DNA of 37,605 nucleotides from Myxococcota bacterium (lineage in GTDB: Bacteria; Myxococcota_A; Bradymonadia; UBA7976; UBA1532): assembly GCA_036337435.1 (NCBI GenBank), contig JAYZEG010000047.1, positions 1 through 37,605 of the forward strand, in the 5' to 3' direction. Within the stretch, counting starts at the first letter, position 1. Each line of letters begins with the position of its first letter. Of the stretch, positions 18,554-28,228 are shown one piece after another. The notes under the pieces are model-generated. The model was given only the letters and a program-made list of their open reading frames with translations, searched no databases and had not been told where the DNA came from. A program made the position numbers and the translations under genes.

Positions 18554-19816
18554 ATGGATCGACCAGCCAATCTTGATCTAGAATTGGTCGCTCACGTTGT
18601 CGAGCACGGGATCGGTCAGGCCGACGCCCCATCTCAGTGGCTCAAGGGACTCTGTGACGATCTTGTCGAATGGGACCTCCCCTTGGCAAAAGTCCACGTC
18701 ACTTTTGTGCCAAGACACCCTCAGTTAAGGGTTGGTGTGCTAAAATGGTTGCCTCACCAACCGATCAGTTGGGGCCATATCAGTTGGCCAGATGGCAACG
18801 TCCGGTCGCCTGTTTTTAGGCGAAACCCGATTTATCTACTCCGCGAACGTCGTGCCAAAGAAGTCCGGACAAGGCTCACGGATGAATCGAGAAGTAGACG
18901 GTATCGATTGACTGAAGAATTGGCCAAAGAAGGGATGAGTGACTATCTCGCCATCGCTGTCGATAGCGGAATGAACTATCCGAATACCATTTCCTTTGTG
19001 ACCGACAAGAAAGGCGGTTTCACCGATCACCAATTAGACAGGCTTCGGTCCGTGGCTTGGGCGACACAGCTCGTGATGCAGCGGGATACATGGCGTACGC
19101 TCAGTGAGACAATCTGCCAGACTTACATCGGTCTGCGCGCTGGGCAACGCGTACTCGACGGAGATATGAAGCGTGGTCAACATACCCGCATGTCAGCCGT
19201 TGTCTGGTTTTGTGATATGCGTTCATTCTCTGCCCTCCTGGAACGTCGAGAGGACATTTATGTTTTCGATACTCTCAACGTCTTCTTTGACGCTGTGGGT
19301 ACAGCCATTCAAAGTCGTGGCGGTGAAATCCTCAAGTTCATTGGTGATTCAGTTCTCGGAATTTTCCCTTACTCGGTCGACGCGGATGCAGCTCACGCAT
19401 GTCGTGCAGCCTACGAGGCAGCGACGACCTGTCTCTCGTCTTTAGACGAGATCAATCGTGACCGACTCGCCCGTGGTTTAGAGAACTTACGCTGTGGTGT
19501 CGCACTGAATCGGGGTGAGGTCTTGTACGGCAACATCGGGACTCAAACGAGATTAGATTTCACGGTCATGGGTCAAACGGTCAACATTGCAAGCCGGCTC
19601 GAAGCCCTATGTGGTCAGCTTGGCGAACACTTACTCATGACGGATTCGGTCGCTGACTTATTGGACGAGGATTTGATGTCGCTCGGCAGCCATAAACTCA
19701 AGGGAGTCCAGTTGCCGCAACGAGTTTTTGGTCTGCCAGCAGAGCGTGTCTATGAGTCGTCTCAAGCCCCACAAGTCATTCCGTACCCCCAACATGAGTC
19801 GGACGATGGCCATTGA
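18554..19816 (+). CDS. Class III adenylate/guanylate cyclase with N-terminal GAF-like region
   Basis: WFCDMRSFS, EILKFIGDSVL, GNIG...RLDFTVMGQTVNIASRLE. The K/D specificity pair indicates ATP; no TM segments. Confidence 0.93.
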   Translation: MDRPANLDLELVAHVVEHGIGQADAPSQWLKGLCDDLVEWDLPLAKVHVTFVPRHPQLRVGVLKWLPHQPISWGHISWPDGNVRSPVFRRNPIYLLRERRAKEVRTRLTDESRSRRYRLTEELAKEGMSDYLAIAVDSGMNYPNTISFVTDKKGGFTDHQLDRLRSVAWATQLVMQRDTWRTLSETICQTYIGLRAGQRVLDGDMKRGQHTRMSAVVWFCDMRSFSALLERREDIYVFDTLNVFFDAVGTAIQSRGGEILKFIGDSVLGIFPYSVDADAAHACRAAYEAATTCLSSLDEINRDRLARGLENLRCGVALNRGEVLYGNIGTQTRLDFTVMGQTVNIASRLEALCGQLGEHLLMTDSVADLLDEDLMSLGSHKLKGVQLPQRVFGLPAERVYESSQAPQVIPYPQHESDDGH

Positions 19817-19913
19817 GAGCGCGCTAAATCGAACTGAAGTCGGGTTCCAAAAGCACAATAAATGATTCTTGGGCGGCTCGACGATACGACACTGTTGGCT
19901 TCAGCAGCGTGGG

Positions 19914-20078
19914 TTAGCTCGCGGCCGCGAGGCCGACGAGAAAAACCCCGAGCGCACCTAAAAACCAATTCCCATTTTTGATTTCGAAACCGGTCCAAAC
20001 AACCCCGAGCAGGAGAGCGACCCATTTAAACCAACTGGGCACGTTTGACGACGAGTTATGTTTAGGGGCGTTGAACAT
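19914..20078 (-). CDS. 54-aa two-TM membrane microprotein (not in ORF track)
   Basis: Hand translation MFNAPKHNSSSNVPSWFKWVALLLGVVWTGFEIKNGNWFLGALGVFLVGLAAAS*; the ATG overlaps the crotonase stop (TGATG). Confidence 0.65.
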   Translation of the reverse strand: MFNAPKHNSSSNVPSWFKWVALLLGVVWTGFEIKNGNWFLGALGVFLVGLAAAS

Positions 20079-20785
20079 CAGTTGCCGGCAGGACCGGCGA
20101 AGGTGGCCATATCCGCCTCTAGTGTCGCGAGAATATGAGAGATGGTCGCGCCCCTGAGTCGCCGCTTCGTTTCTTTGAATGCACTCCGATCTAATTGCCC
20201 AAGCTCCCTGCCAACGCTCAGTGCATGGGTGATCAGACTGTCCGGAGCCACCGTTGAGTCCAAATAGCCCGCAGTGACCGCCTCGTCCGGTGAGTAGAGT
20301 TTCGCAGCCAATGTGGCTGTCGACAGTGCAGCGGTTGACAACCGTTCCCGTGCCAGTTCCATTGCGAGGACAGGCAACGGCATTTTTATGGCCACTTCGT
20401 TCAAACCGATTTTGAAATCGCCGTCGATTCCAATTCTTTGGTCACCACACAGTGTCAGCAAGGCTCCACCAGCAACTGCGTGACCCGAACAGGCGATCAC
20501 AACAGGTAGGCTGAAGCCGTAAAGTCGCATGTACAGATCACAGCCGCGGGTCAGTAGATCGACCGCGGATTGCGGGCTGGCCATCATGGTTTTCAAGTCA
20601 AAACCGGCACAAAACCGCCCGGGTTGGCCAGTCAGAACGATGGCATTCGCGCTTTCTTCAGCTCGATCCAGCGCACCCATCAATTGGTCCAGCATCTGGT
20701 AACTAATGGCATTGACTTTGCCATCGTTCATTTGAATCAGTGCGACACCGTCGTGGTCCGTATAGTTGATCAGTGCATCAGCCAT
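20078..20785 (-). CDS. Crotonase/enoyl-CoA hydratase-isomerase family protein
   Basis: DGKVNAIS, FCAGFDL, PVVIACSGHAVAGG and IGLNEV motifs. Confidence 0.95.
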   Translation of the reverse strand: MADALINYTDHDGVALIQMNDGKVNAISYQMLDQLMGALDRAEESANAIVLTGQPGRFCAGFDLKTMMASPQSAVDLLTRGCDLYMRLYGFSLPVVIACSGHAVAGGALLTLCGDQRIGIDGDFKIGLNEVAIKMPLPVLAMELARERLSTAALSTATLAAKLYSPDEAVTAGYLDSTVAPDSLITHALSVGRELGQLDRSAFKETKRRLRGATISHILATLEADMATFAGPAGN

Positions 20786-20909
20786 CTTTATACCCCTAAT
20801 TTTATAGCCTCCACTTTATACCAATAATGTTCGCCGGCTGCATGTCCGAAAGCGTTAAAAGATGGACTGGCAACTTGCTCTGTTGCTCATGGTGTTGAAC
20901 AATTAACGT

Positions 20910-21554
20910 ATGGACAGTGATTTAGATGCATTGCGGTCCCTCCTCGCTCGTCTGAAGGGGTTGGACGATGTTGCTGTGGCCCGTGTACTCAGCCAAACAG
21001 AGGACGCTGACCCAGAGTTGTATGCGCTCTTCCGCGCTTTGGCAGATGGTGCGCAACAAAAAGAAGCTCGCGATGGGGGCTCTGCGACAGGCATCGGCCT
21101 TCATAACGCGATCAGCCAAGCCTCTCAAACACCACGCGTGCAGCATTTAGCGACCACCTTCGAGCAAATGGGGACATCGGGTCGTTCGTTACTCCATAGG
21201 CTGACCCAGGTTGCACCTGGCTTGGCCGAAGCCCTAAAACAGGCGATGTTTCGCTACGAAGACCTCGTTTACGGCGATTCAAAAGGCCTTCAATTATTGG
21301 TCGGAAAGGTGAATCGAAAAACGCTCTTGTACGCACTCCGTGCAACATCTGACGACCTAAAGACGGCACTCTTTGACAGTATGTCTACTCGTGCAGCGAA
21401 CGATATCAAAGAAGAGTTGGGGTACATGGACCGGGTGAGGCGCTCTGACGTGGTCGCTGCACAGTCGCGTATGACCGACTTGGCCCGTAAAATGATTCAG
21501 GATGGGCATTTAATCGTCATCAAGCCCGAAGAACGCGATGACTGGGTGGACTGA
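20910..21554 (+). CDS. FliG C-terminal domain-containing protein (orphan)
   Basis: MFRYEDL (MFXF), LLYALR, MSTRAANDIKEEL, VRRSDVVAAQ and G.L match FliG_C; only 214 aa, with no FliG N-domain and no EHPQ motif. Confidence 0.85.
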   Translation: MDSDLDALRSLLARLKGLDDVAVARVLSQTEDADPELYALFRALADGAQQKEARDGGSATGIGLHNAISQASQTPRVQHLATTFEQMGTSGRSLLHRLTQVAPGLAEALKQAMFRYEDLVYGDSKGLQLLVGKVNRKTLLYALRATSDDLKTALFDSMSTRAANDIKEELGYMDRVRRSDVVAAQSRMTDLARKMIQDGHLIVIKPEERDDWVD

Positions 21555-21559
21555 GGATC

Positions 21560-22039
21560 TCAGCTTTTAGTTTGCCGGACCAAGCTGACGGTCAGAGCCA
21601 TCGACACAACAAAAGCCAACGCACCTATCGGTGCCAGAACGATCCCAAGGCCCGGATCACCATCGTAGATGTGAAGGCCGCCTAGGAGGAAACCACCCGG
21701 TAAAAGGATCGCACCCACACGCAACATCTTGGATGCCCGAGTGAGCGTGCCGTCTGTTTTTGCAGCAAGCGACCCCACCGTGACAGCGAACAGGATATTG
21801 ACTGCACCGAGTAGTGTTCCATGGACATGGGCTAACCGAAGCATCATTCGCCGGGTTTCGTTTCCAACATCTAGGTACCAGCCAATTTTGAAGCCGTGTA
21901 ATGCTTCCAGTAACAGACCCAGAATCGCAAACACGAGGAACATGCTCCAGCCGAACACCAGGTGGTCTCTCTTCATGGTTGATGCGACGGAGTCAGTTGA
22001 CGGCTGTTCACTCAAATTAAGGTCTCCCCGATGTCTCAT
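21560..22039 (-). CDS. 4-TM membrane protein, unknown function
   Basis: Four hydrophobic helices; LEALHG, RLAHVHG..LG..N, LLPGGFLLGG and GDPG motifs; the start may be the downstream Met (MKRDHL). Confidence 0.75.
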   Translation of the reverse strand: MRHRGDLNLSEQPSTDSVASTMKRDHLVFGWSMFLVFAILGLLLEALHGFKIGWYLDVGNETRRMMLRLAHVHGTLLGAVNILFAVTVGSLAAKTDGTLTRASKMLRVGAILLPGGFLLGGLHIYDGDPGLGIVLAPIGALAFVVSMALTVSLVRQTKS

Positions 22040-22243
22040 CTAACCTTCTACCAAAATCAGCTTGCCTCGGCGAGGCTGAAAGACTCAATGTGCCGATTCG
22101 ACTTACAAAATCTCGCCCGATCCATTATGGTGCGCCTCCGCTGACCACCAGATCCAGCGCGGACGTTCAAAAAGTCGTGTCACATAAATCTAATCTCACC
22201 TGTGTCGCGGTCGTACTGAACGGGTAATTTTTGGAGTTCGTCG

Positions 22244-23395
22244 ATGAAGCCATGTGCTCGTCATCTACAATTTGCCTTGCTGTTTTGGCTTCTCCATCCC
22301 AGGCCTGGGTATGCGGAAGAAATGGGCGCAGAGATCCACCGTTGGCGAACCGCAAATGCCCTCAGTGAAACCTCACCGGAGGCAGAGGACCCGAAGACTG
22401 AGACAGCTCTGGGTAAGGCCAAAAAAACAGACTTTGGCACGGGTTCGCAAAAGAGCGTGGCGTCAAGTCCAAGCACTGCATTGCCAACAGTCGAAAACAA
22501 AGTGGCCAAAAGGACGGGCGACGCACCTGCTTGGGCCGCATCGAGCATCAGTATCGGCCAGTCTGTTAGCACGCTGACTTTCGACCCCGCGGCTGAACTG
22601 GATTACAATCCTTACTATGCAGTCACCCTGGGGCTCGCACCCAGTTGGGCCTGGAATCAACACTTTTACACGTCTGCGCGACTGTCGTTTTCACGAGAGA
22701 TAACCCAGGCTAATGCCCGCAATCGACCTGATGAAATTTGGTTGAGTGACACCAGTCTAAGCGTCGGATACACCGGATATACCATCCCGATGGTTGGCAT
22801 TCGACTCGCGGGTGATGTGACAGCCACGGCACCCACAAGTCCGCCGTCTCAGGCACAGACTTTACGGGTTGGCGTTCAACCAGCCATCGCTGTGAGTAAA
22901 CGGGTGGCCGTACTCCATGGCTTGACGCTGGGATATCGCGGGAGCGTACGTATCAATTTTCATCGATACACCACCGCCGAATTATCGAGTCCAAGGATCG
23001 GCGATTGTCGCGGGGAGGCATGCGCACAATTTATCAACACGGGCGTTCGAAATACCCAATACCAGCAGGGCCATAGTTTTAGTTTGGGCTTGGGCCTCCT
23101 AGACTGGTTGCGGGTGAGCACCAATGTGGGAGTCTACCTCAGTCATCTCTACGCTGCTGCTGAAACAGAACAAGAGGAGTTCGTTGCCCTTGAGCCCATG
23201 GACACCCGATACGCCATCAGCTATGGCCTCGGTACCAGCGTCTCTCTACCGCACGGCATGACAATGGCGTTGGGCATGTCTACCTTCAATCCTCAACGGG
23301 CACCGAATAACACCTATTACAGACCATTTTTTAACCGATTCTCACAAGTTTATCTGGACCTCAGTGTCAGGCCCAGTATGTGGTTCCAAAATTAG
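22244..23395 (+). CDS. Exported protein, probable outer-membrane beta-barrel
   Basis: GGAG RBS, signal-like N-terminus and low-complexity linker, then many alternating strands (YAVTLGLAPSW, TSARLSFS, LSVGY, LTLGYRG, YGLGTSVSL, VYLDLSV). Confidence 0.7.
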   Translation: MKPCARHLQFALLFWLLHPRPGYAEEMGAEIHRWRTANALSETSPEAEDPKTETALGKAKKTDFGTGSQKSVASSPSTALPTVENKVAKRTGDAPAWAASSISIGQSVSTLTFDPAAELDYNPYYAVTLGLAPSWAWNQHFYTSARLSFSREITQANARNRPDEIWLSDTSLSVGYTGYTIPMVGIRLAGDVTATAPTSPPSQAQTLRVGVQPAIAVSKRVAVLHGLTLGYRGSVRINFHRYTTAELSSPRIGDCRGEACAQFINTGVRNTQYQQGHSFSLGLGLLDWLRVSTNVGVYLSHLYAAAETEQEEFVALEPMDTRYAISYGLGTSVSLPHGMTMALGMSTFNPQRAPNNTYYRPFFNRFSQVYLDLSVRPSMWFQN

Positions 23396-23416
23396 ATGGA
23401 AAGGCTCAATCCGACC

Positions 23417-26400
23417 ATGAGAACCAACTCAATGAAGCTCACATTTTCGACCCTTTTTCTGGTCTTTATCGGCGCGTTCGGATGCGCCGAGGAACGGCCA
23501 CCCCTCGACCGGGTGCAGCCATTTGCTTTAAAGAAAGCCTATTTTATTGGTGAGGATTTCATCAGCACCAGTGATGATCCAGAGTTTTGGAGCCAAGCGA
23601 CCCTCATCGATGTCGGCTACGGCGCGTCTCAGCAAGGTCTATTCACGTCGACTTATGCTCAGCCTGTCAGTCGTATCAAGTGGGAAATTAATGAAGATTT
23701 ACTCATCGGTCGGATCGCCTACGAACGCATCGAAGACAGCGACGGTAAAGGCGTGGGTGGCGCTGCACAAGATGGTGTCATCGCTGCCGCCTTTCGAATT
23801 ATTAAGCACTTTGATGTTGAGCGAGCGTATAACCCGACCACCGGTGAAAAACTGAACATTGTCCAGGAAAACGCCATCGACCGACCTTGGTTCGAACGCC
23901 AGTATTTCCGCGTTGACTTCTCCAAAAATCTCAACACCGATAGCTACGACTTCGACACGTTATCTATGGTCGGTGTCTACGGCGGAATCAGATACGAGCC
24001 GATGGCCTATGACGTCACCGACCCACGTCATCCTGATGCGCCTGTTTTCGAGCTGGAAGATGGCTATTTTGACGTCACCACCAAAGCATTTGCCAAGCCT
24101 GGTATTGTTGATTTGAGCAGCTTAGGCTGGGGGATTTCGTCCTTCCCGGCATGTTTTCTGCCGGCAGACTTTGCGGGCGGAACGGCACCTGTAGGGAACT
24201 GCAATCCCATCGAATTGACCCTGCGCCATTCCTTCCGAAAGGTTGAAGATTATGATTATGAGCCACGCCACTGGGACGGCGTTAAATTCCGTGCGTATGG
24301 TGCCTTTGACGTTGAACGGAGGGGATACACACGAAATTACGGCATGACCGATGACAAATGGCGAAGGTTCATTTCCAGATACAATATTTGGCAGCGGAGC
24401 CACTTTTACCAAGAGCCGGACCCCATGCTTGGTGCGGTGGAATGTTTCACGCCAGAAACGACCCCCTTCGGGGCGGACCCACATCGGGATGAAAATGGCG
24501 ACGGCACCGAGGATGAATGTGCTCAAGTTGGTGAGGGTTCGCGATGCGATACCTTCAGCCAGAAATGTACCCTGCCTTATCGCCAGCGAGACGTGCGTCC
24601 CATCGTTTGGTACTACACGAAGTTGAGCGACATGCGCTACTACGATGGGACACGTCTGGCCGCTCATGAGTGGGACGTTGCCTTACGAACCGCCGTCCGT
24701 TCGGCGCGCTATGCAGAATGCCAAAAGACCAATGGGGAGAACTGCGCTGCTCAATATCCCATGTACCCTGGGCAGCAGGATATGAATGAAGATTTGGTTG
24801 CTCTGGCCCTTGAAGTAAATAATTGTCGGCACGGTTATGCCTATTCGGAGCGCAATCGAGACTTTTCGGCATGCAATCAGCTCGCGGACCAGATCGGGCA
24901 GGAACGAGGCTATCACCCAGCCGTCATCGATCTCGCCAAAGAGCCGGAGATGGTGATCTTATGCCACAGTCCAGTTCAGGCAGATGATCATGCTCTCTGT
25001 GGTCTTCCACGCCTACCCGTCGGTGTGACGGCGTCAGACTGTAACGAGGTTTACGCCGACCCATGGAGCTTTCCAAAACTGGCCGACCAAGACTATCCAG
25101 ACCTCTACACGGTTTGCACCGAGGCTCTCAATGTACGAATCGGCGACTTACGATACCACCAGGTCAACGTCATCGAAGCACCGCAAACGCCCTCGCCTTG
25201 GGGCATTTATACCGACTCCGAAGATCCGCTCACGGGTGAGACCATCTCGGCGAGCATCAATGTTTGGTCTTGGGTCAATGATTTTTGGTCTCAACGTGTT
25301 GTCGATAAGATGCGATTCATCAAGCAAGAGTTGGAGACCGAAGAAATCACCGAAGGTGAATATGTTCGCCGATGGTCTGAGGCGTCGACAGCGGCGTCGG
25401 GCGGCCGATTCTCTCCCGGGATTGACAAGGACGCTTTACTCGAACGGATCGCTGATTTCTCCGGCGGCCATGCCCATGATATGAAATCGGCCCACATGTC
25501 GCCCGAATTGCGCGCGGCGTCCCACGAATTACTCCACCAGATGCAAGATGTTCGAATGAGTATGGATGCGCCGAGTCAAGTCGAAGCGGTAACAGCTGCA
25601 CGAGCAGCTGCTCTCAAAGGCTCGGAAGTTGAAGCTCAACTCATGACCCCGATGATTCAGCAGATGACGGGTGTCGATGGCTTGCCCATGACCGACGCAA
25701 TCCTTGATATGTCGAGTCCATTGCGCGGTGCCAACCCGACCTTCGCTCGTCGGCTCAATCATCTCAAAGAGATGGCACTTGGTGAACGAGGAGCCTGCAT
25801 CCGTCATGAAGCACCCGCACCTCTGGCAATGGCGGGTCTCGCCGATGTACTCGAGGCAAAGTTCGGTCGTTTTGACCCATCTCAATCCGAAGCCGAACAG
25901 CAAGAAAGAGCGGAGAAGATGCGGAGCTACATCGCTCAGCGAGCACATACGGCCGTGATCATGCATGAGATGGGTCACAGCGTTGGCCTGAGGCATAATT
26001 TCGTCAGTTCGTCGGATTCGTTTAATTATCGCCCACAATACTGGCAGCTGAGGACTCGAAATGGTCGGGTCACAGAGGAATGCGATTCTTTCGTTAGCGA
26101 TGGCAGCGATTGTGTTGGACCACGCTATTTTGACCCGGTGACTGAAGGCGAGCGGAACAATTTGCAATCGATGTTCATGCACAGTTCTGTCATGGACTAT
26201 GCGGGTGAGATCACCCAGGATTTTATGGGTCTTGGTGCCTATGACTTTGCTGCAGCGCGTATGTTCTACGGGGAGACGGTCGCGGTTTTCGCCGATGACG
26301 ATTTGAGTGCCAATTCGAATAAAGCCTTCGGGTTGTTCAATAAAATGGACAATTTCGGTGGGATTTTGGGCTTTACTTGGTTTGAGAACTCCAACAGCAC

Positions 26401-28198
26401 CGTTCATTACTCCAAGCTCAATGACACCTATGGACTGATCAATAATTGTCGGGCCGTCGATCCAGCTCAGTATATTCCTGCCGGTTGGGACGAGGCCGTT
26501 GATGGACGTTGGCATCCCGTCCTCGATGGTCGCTTGGTCGCCGTCGATGGCGAGTACACACGCTGCGGAACTCGAGCGGTTGATTATGTGGCTTGGGACC
26601 GTTTGAGGTCTGACGATGCTGCATCGCGTGCGGGTCCGGCCGTTGACCCCTCATCTCGAATCCGGGTGCCCTACGGTTTCGGAACGGATTCGTGGGCAGA
26701 TACCGGTAATTTGAGCGTTTATCGCCACGACAACGGGGCCGATGCATATGAGCTATTCGATTTTCTTATCGCGAAACAAGAGGTCGATCACATCTTCACA
26801 AATTATCGCCGAGGTCGGTCCACGTTTAGCGTTCGCAGCGCAGCGAATTCCGCGTTGGGTCGCTTCAACGGCAAAATGAGAGATGCGGCCAAGGGGCTTG
26901 GCTTATATCGAAACATCTTTTCGACGTCGTTGGCTCGGCAAGGATTCAATATGGATGAATCATGGCCCTTAGTTGCCCAAGCAAATTTCTCAAACAATAT
27001 TCTTGCAGCGAGTATGGCCTTCGACCATTTCAGCCGAATGCTGGCCCGCCCCGAGTTTGGTCCCCATTATAAGGTCGCGGTCGACGAAGTTGCACGAAGT
27101 AAGCGGGACGCATTTTTCTTCAGCGGTGAGCCCCGAACCGTGATTAACGTCCCCAATGGCCCGACAGGCTTCTACGATGCCGTGGGCATAGGTGGGCGGC
27201 CGGTTGAGAATCAGCTGGCTGAAGATGAGGGCGAATACAACAACCAATACACAGTGAATGCTGGTTCCTATTACGAAAAGATCTGGAGTCCTTTCTTATT
27301 CACGGAGTCGGCTGATAATTTTATCAGTGCGAGCAGAACCGATTTTGTTGACCCGAGATATCGCGCCGTGAGTCTAGCTGACCTTTTTCCGGAAGGGTTT
27401 CGACGCCTATTGGCGAATAATCTGACCGGTGATGATTTCATTAAGGGGCCACGGGTGATTGCTAACGACCGTGGAATACCCTTGGTCGATGACGAAGGCT
27501 ATCCGAGTCAACCCATCGGTTGGGTCAGCTGGTGGGGTGCCGAACCCCGAGTTTGCTTTCCAAATTCCGGAACCACTGTGTGTGACACAGTCGGGAGTGA
27601 AAACGGTGATGAGTTTGCCGCCCTAAACTTCGATTCAACCGTCCCCTTGGATCCACAAGTGGGCTTTGAACAACAGAAGTTTTTGATCGCCTGGACCCTA
27701 CTGTATCTACCATCCAATCAGAAACAGAAGTGGTTGGACATGATGGCCATCTGGGAAATTGGCCAACACGCCGACCCAGATTTTGAAAATCGAATTGAGT
27801 TTCATAATCCCAGCGGACGAAAATACGTTGCAAAGACCTATGGATCCGAAGAAATCTTCGGGCGGCGAGTGCAAAAAGGCATCGCCGCTCGGATGCTAGA
27901 ATATGCCAACCAAGTGCTCGCCAGAGCCTATGAGGTGGAAGACGGCCCTGACCTGGACAATGACGGTACGCCCGATTGGTTTGTTCCCCTCATGGGTAAT
28001 GATGGGCAACCGATCGTCAAGTATGATCGCCGGATCCAGCCTACGGAGACGTGCAGCCCAGACACCAACATCGGGTGTACATGTGCAGCCAACCTAAGCT
28101 GTGTTGAACTGGCAGACTTTGTATCGCTGCCAGCATTTCTAAACGACATCTATCATCGTTTGGGATACGGGATTCCCAATCAACGCGGCATCTATTAG
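23417..28198 (+). CDS. Giant lipoprotein zinc-dependent metalloprotease (metzincin; EcxA/DUF4953-like)
   Basis: Lipobox AFG-C; HEMGHSVGLRH (HExxHxxGxxH); Met-turn SSVMDY; DPLTGETISA; many Cys. The start is one of 23396, 23417 or 23432. Confidence 0.88.
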   Translation: MRTNSMKLTFSTLFLVFIGAFGCAEERPPLDRVQPFALKKAYFIGEDFISTSDDPEFWSQATLIDVGYGASQQGLFTSTYAQPVSRIKWEINEDLLIGRIAYERIEDSDGKGVGGAAQDGVIAAAFRIIKHFDVERAYNPTTGEKLNIVQENAIDRPWFERQYFRVDFSKNLNTDSYDFDTLSMVGVYGGIRYEPMAYDVTDPRHPDAPVFELEDGYFDVTTKAFAKPGIVDLSSLGWGISSFPACFLPADFAGGTAPVGNCNPIELTLRHSFRKVEDYDYEPRHWDGVKFRAYGAFDVERRGYTRNYGMTDDKWRRFISRYNIWQRSHFYQEPDPMLGAVECFTPETTPFGADPHRDENGDGTEDECAQVGEGSRCDTFSQKCTLPYRQRDVRPIVWYYTKLSDMRYYDGTRLAAHEWDVALRTAVRSARYAECQKTNGENCAAQYPMYPGQQDMNEDLVALALEVNNCRHGYAYSERNRDFSACNQLADQIGQERGYHPAVIDLAKEPEMVILCHSPVQADDHALCGLPRLPVGVTASDCNEVYADPWSFPKLADQDYPDLYTVCTEALNVRIGDLRYHQVNVIEAPQTPSPWGIYTDSEDPLTGETISASINVWSWVNDFWSQRVVDKMRFIKQELETEEITEGEYVRRWSEASTAASGGRFSPGIDKDALLERIADFSGGHAHDMKSAHMSPELRAASHELLHQMQDVRMSMDAPSQVEAVTAARAAALKGSEVEAQLMTPMIQQMTGVDGLPMTDAILDMSSPLRGANPTFARRLNHLKEMALGERGACIRHEAPAPLAMAGLADVLEAKFGRFDPSQSEAEQQERAEKMRSYIAQRAHTAVIMHEMGHSVGLRHNFVSSSDSFNYRPQYWQLRTRNGRVTEECDSFVSDGSDCVGPRYFDPVTEGERNNLQSMFMHSSVMDYAGEITQDFMGLGAYDFAAARMFYGETVAVFADDDLSANSNKAFGLFNKMDNFGGILGFTWFENSNSTVHYSKLNDTYGLINNCRAVDPAQYIPAGWDEAVDGRWHPVLDGRLVAVDGEYTRCGTRAVDYVAWDRLRSDDAASRAGPAVDPSSRIRVPYGFGTDSWADTGNLSVYRHDNGADAYELFDFLIAKQEVDHIFTNYRRGRSTFSVRSAANSALGRFNGKMRDAAKGLGLYRNIFSTSLARQGFNMDESWPLVAQANFSNNILAASMAFDHFSRMLARPEFGPHYKVAVDEVARSKRDAFFFSGEPRTVINVPNGPTGFYDAVGIGGRPVENQLAEDEGEYNNQYTVNAGSYYEKIWSPFLFTESADNFISASRTDFVDPRYRAVSLADLFPEGFRRLLANNLTGDDFIKGPRVIANDRGIPLVDDEGYPSQPIGWVSWWGAEPRVCFPNSGTTVCDTVGSENGDEFAALNFDSTVPLDPQVGFEQQKFLIAWTLLYLPSNQKQKWLDMMAIWEIGQHADPDFENRIEFHNPSGRKYVAKTYGSEEIFGRRVQKGIAARMLEYANQVLARAYEVEDGPDLDNDGTPDWFVPLMGNDGQPIVKYDRRIQPTETCSPDTNIGCTCAANLSCVELADFVSLPAFLNDIYHRLGYGIPNQRGIY

Positions 28199-28228
28199 CC
28201 GCGTTTACGAGTCGGATTCTGTGATCTA

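Noticed and set aside
19762..20025. 87-aa ORF in the cyclase-crotonase spacer
   Set aside because: Arg-rich with no motifs and overlapping the cyclase; the 54-aa TM ORF in another frame explains the region better.
20868..20887. TGGCAAC...TTGC as sigma54 promoter for the FliG_C gene
   Set aside because: The GG-to-GC spacing does not fit the required 10 nt.
25529..26515. 328-aa antisense ORF (also 4155-4919, 1203-1850, 8797-9483)
   Set aside because: These are shadow frames opposite well-supported genes and have no recognisable motifs.
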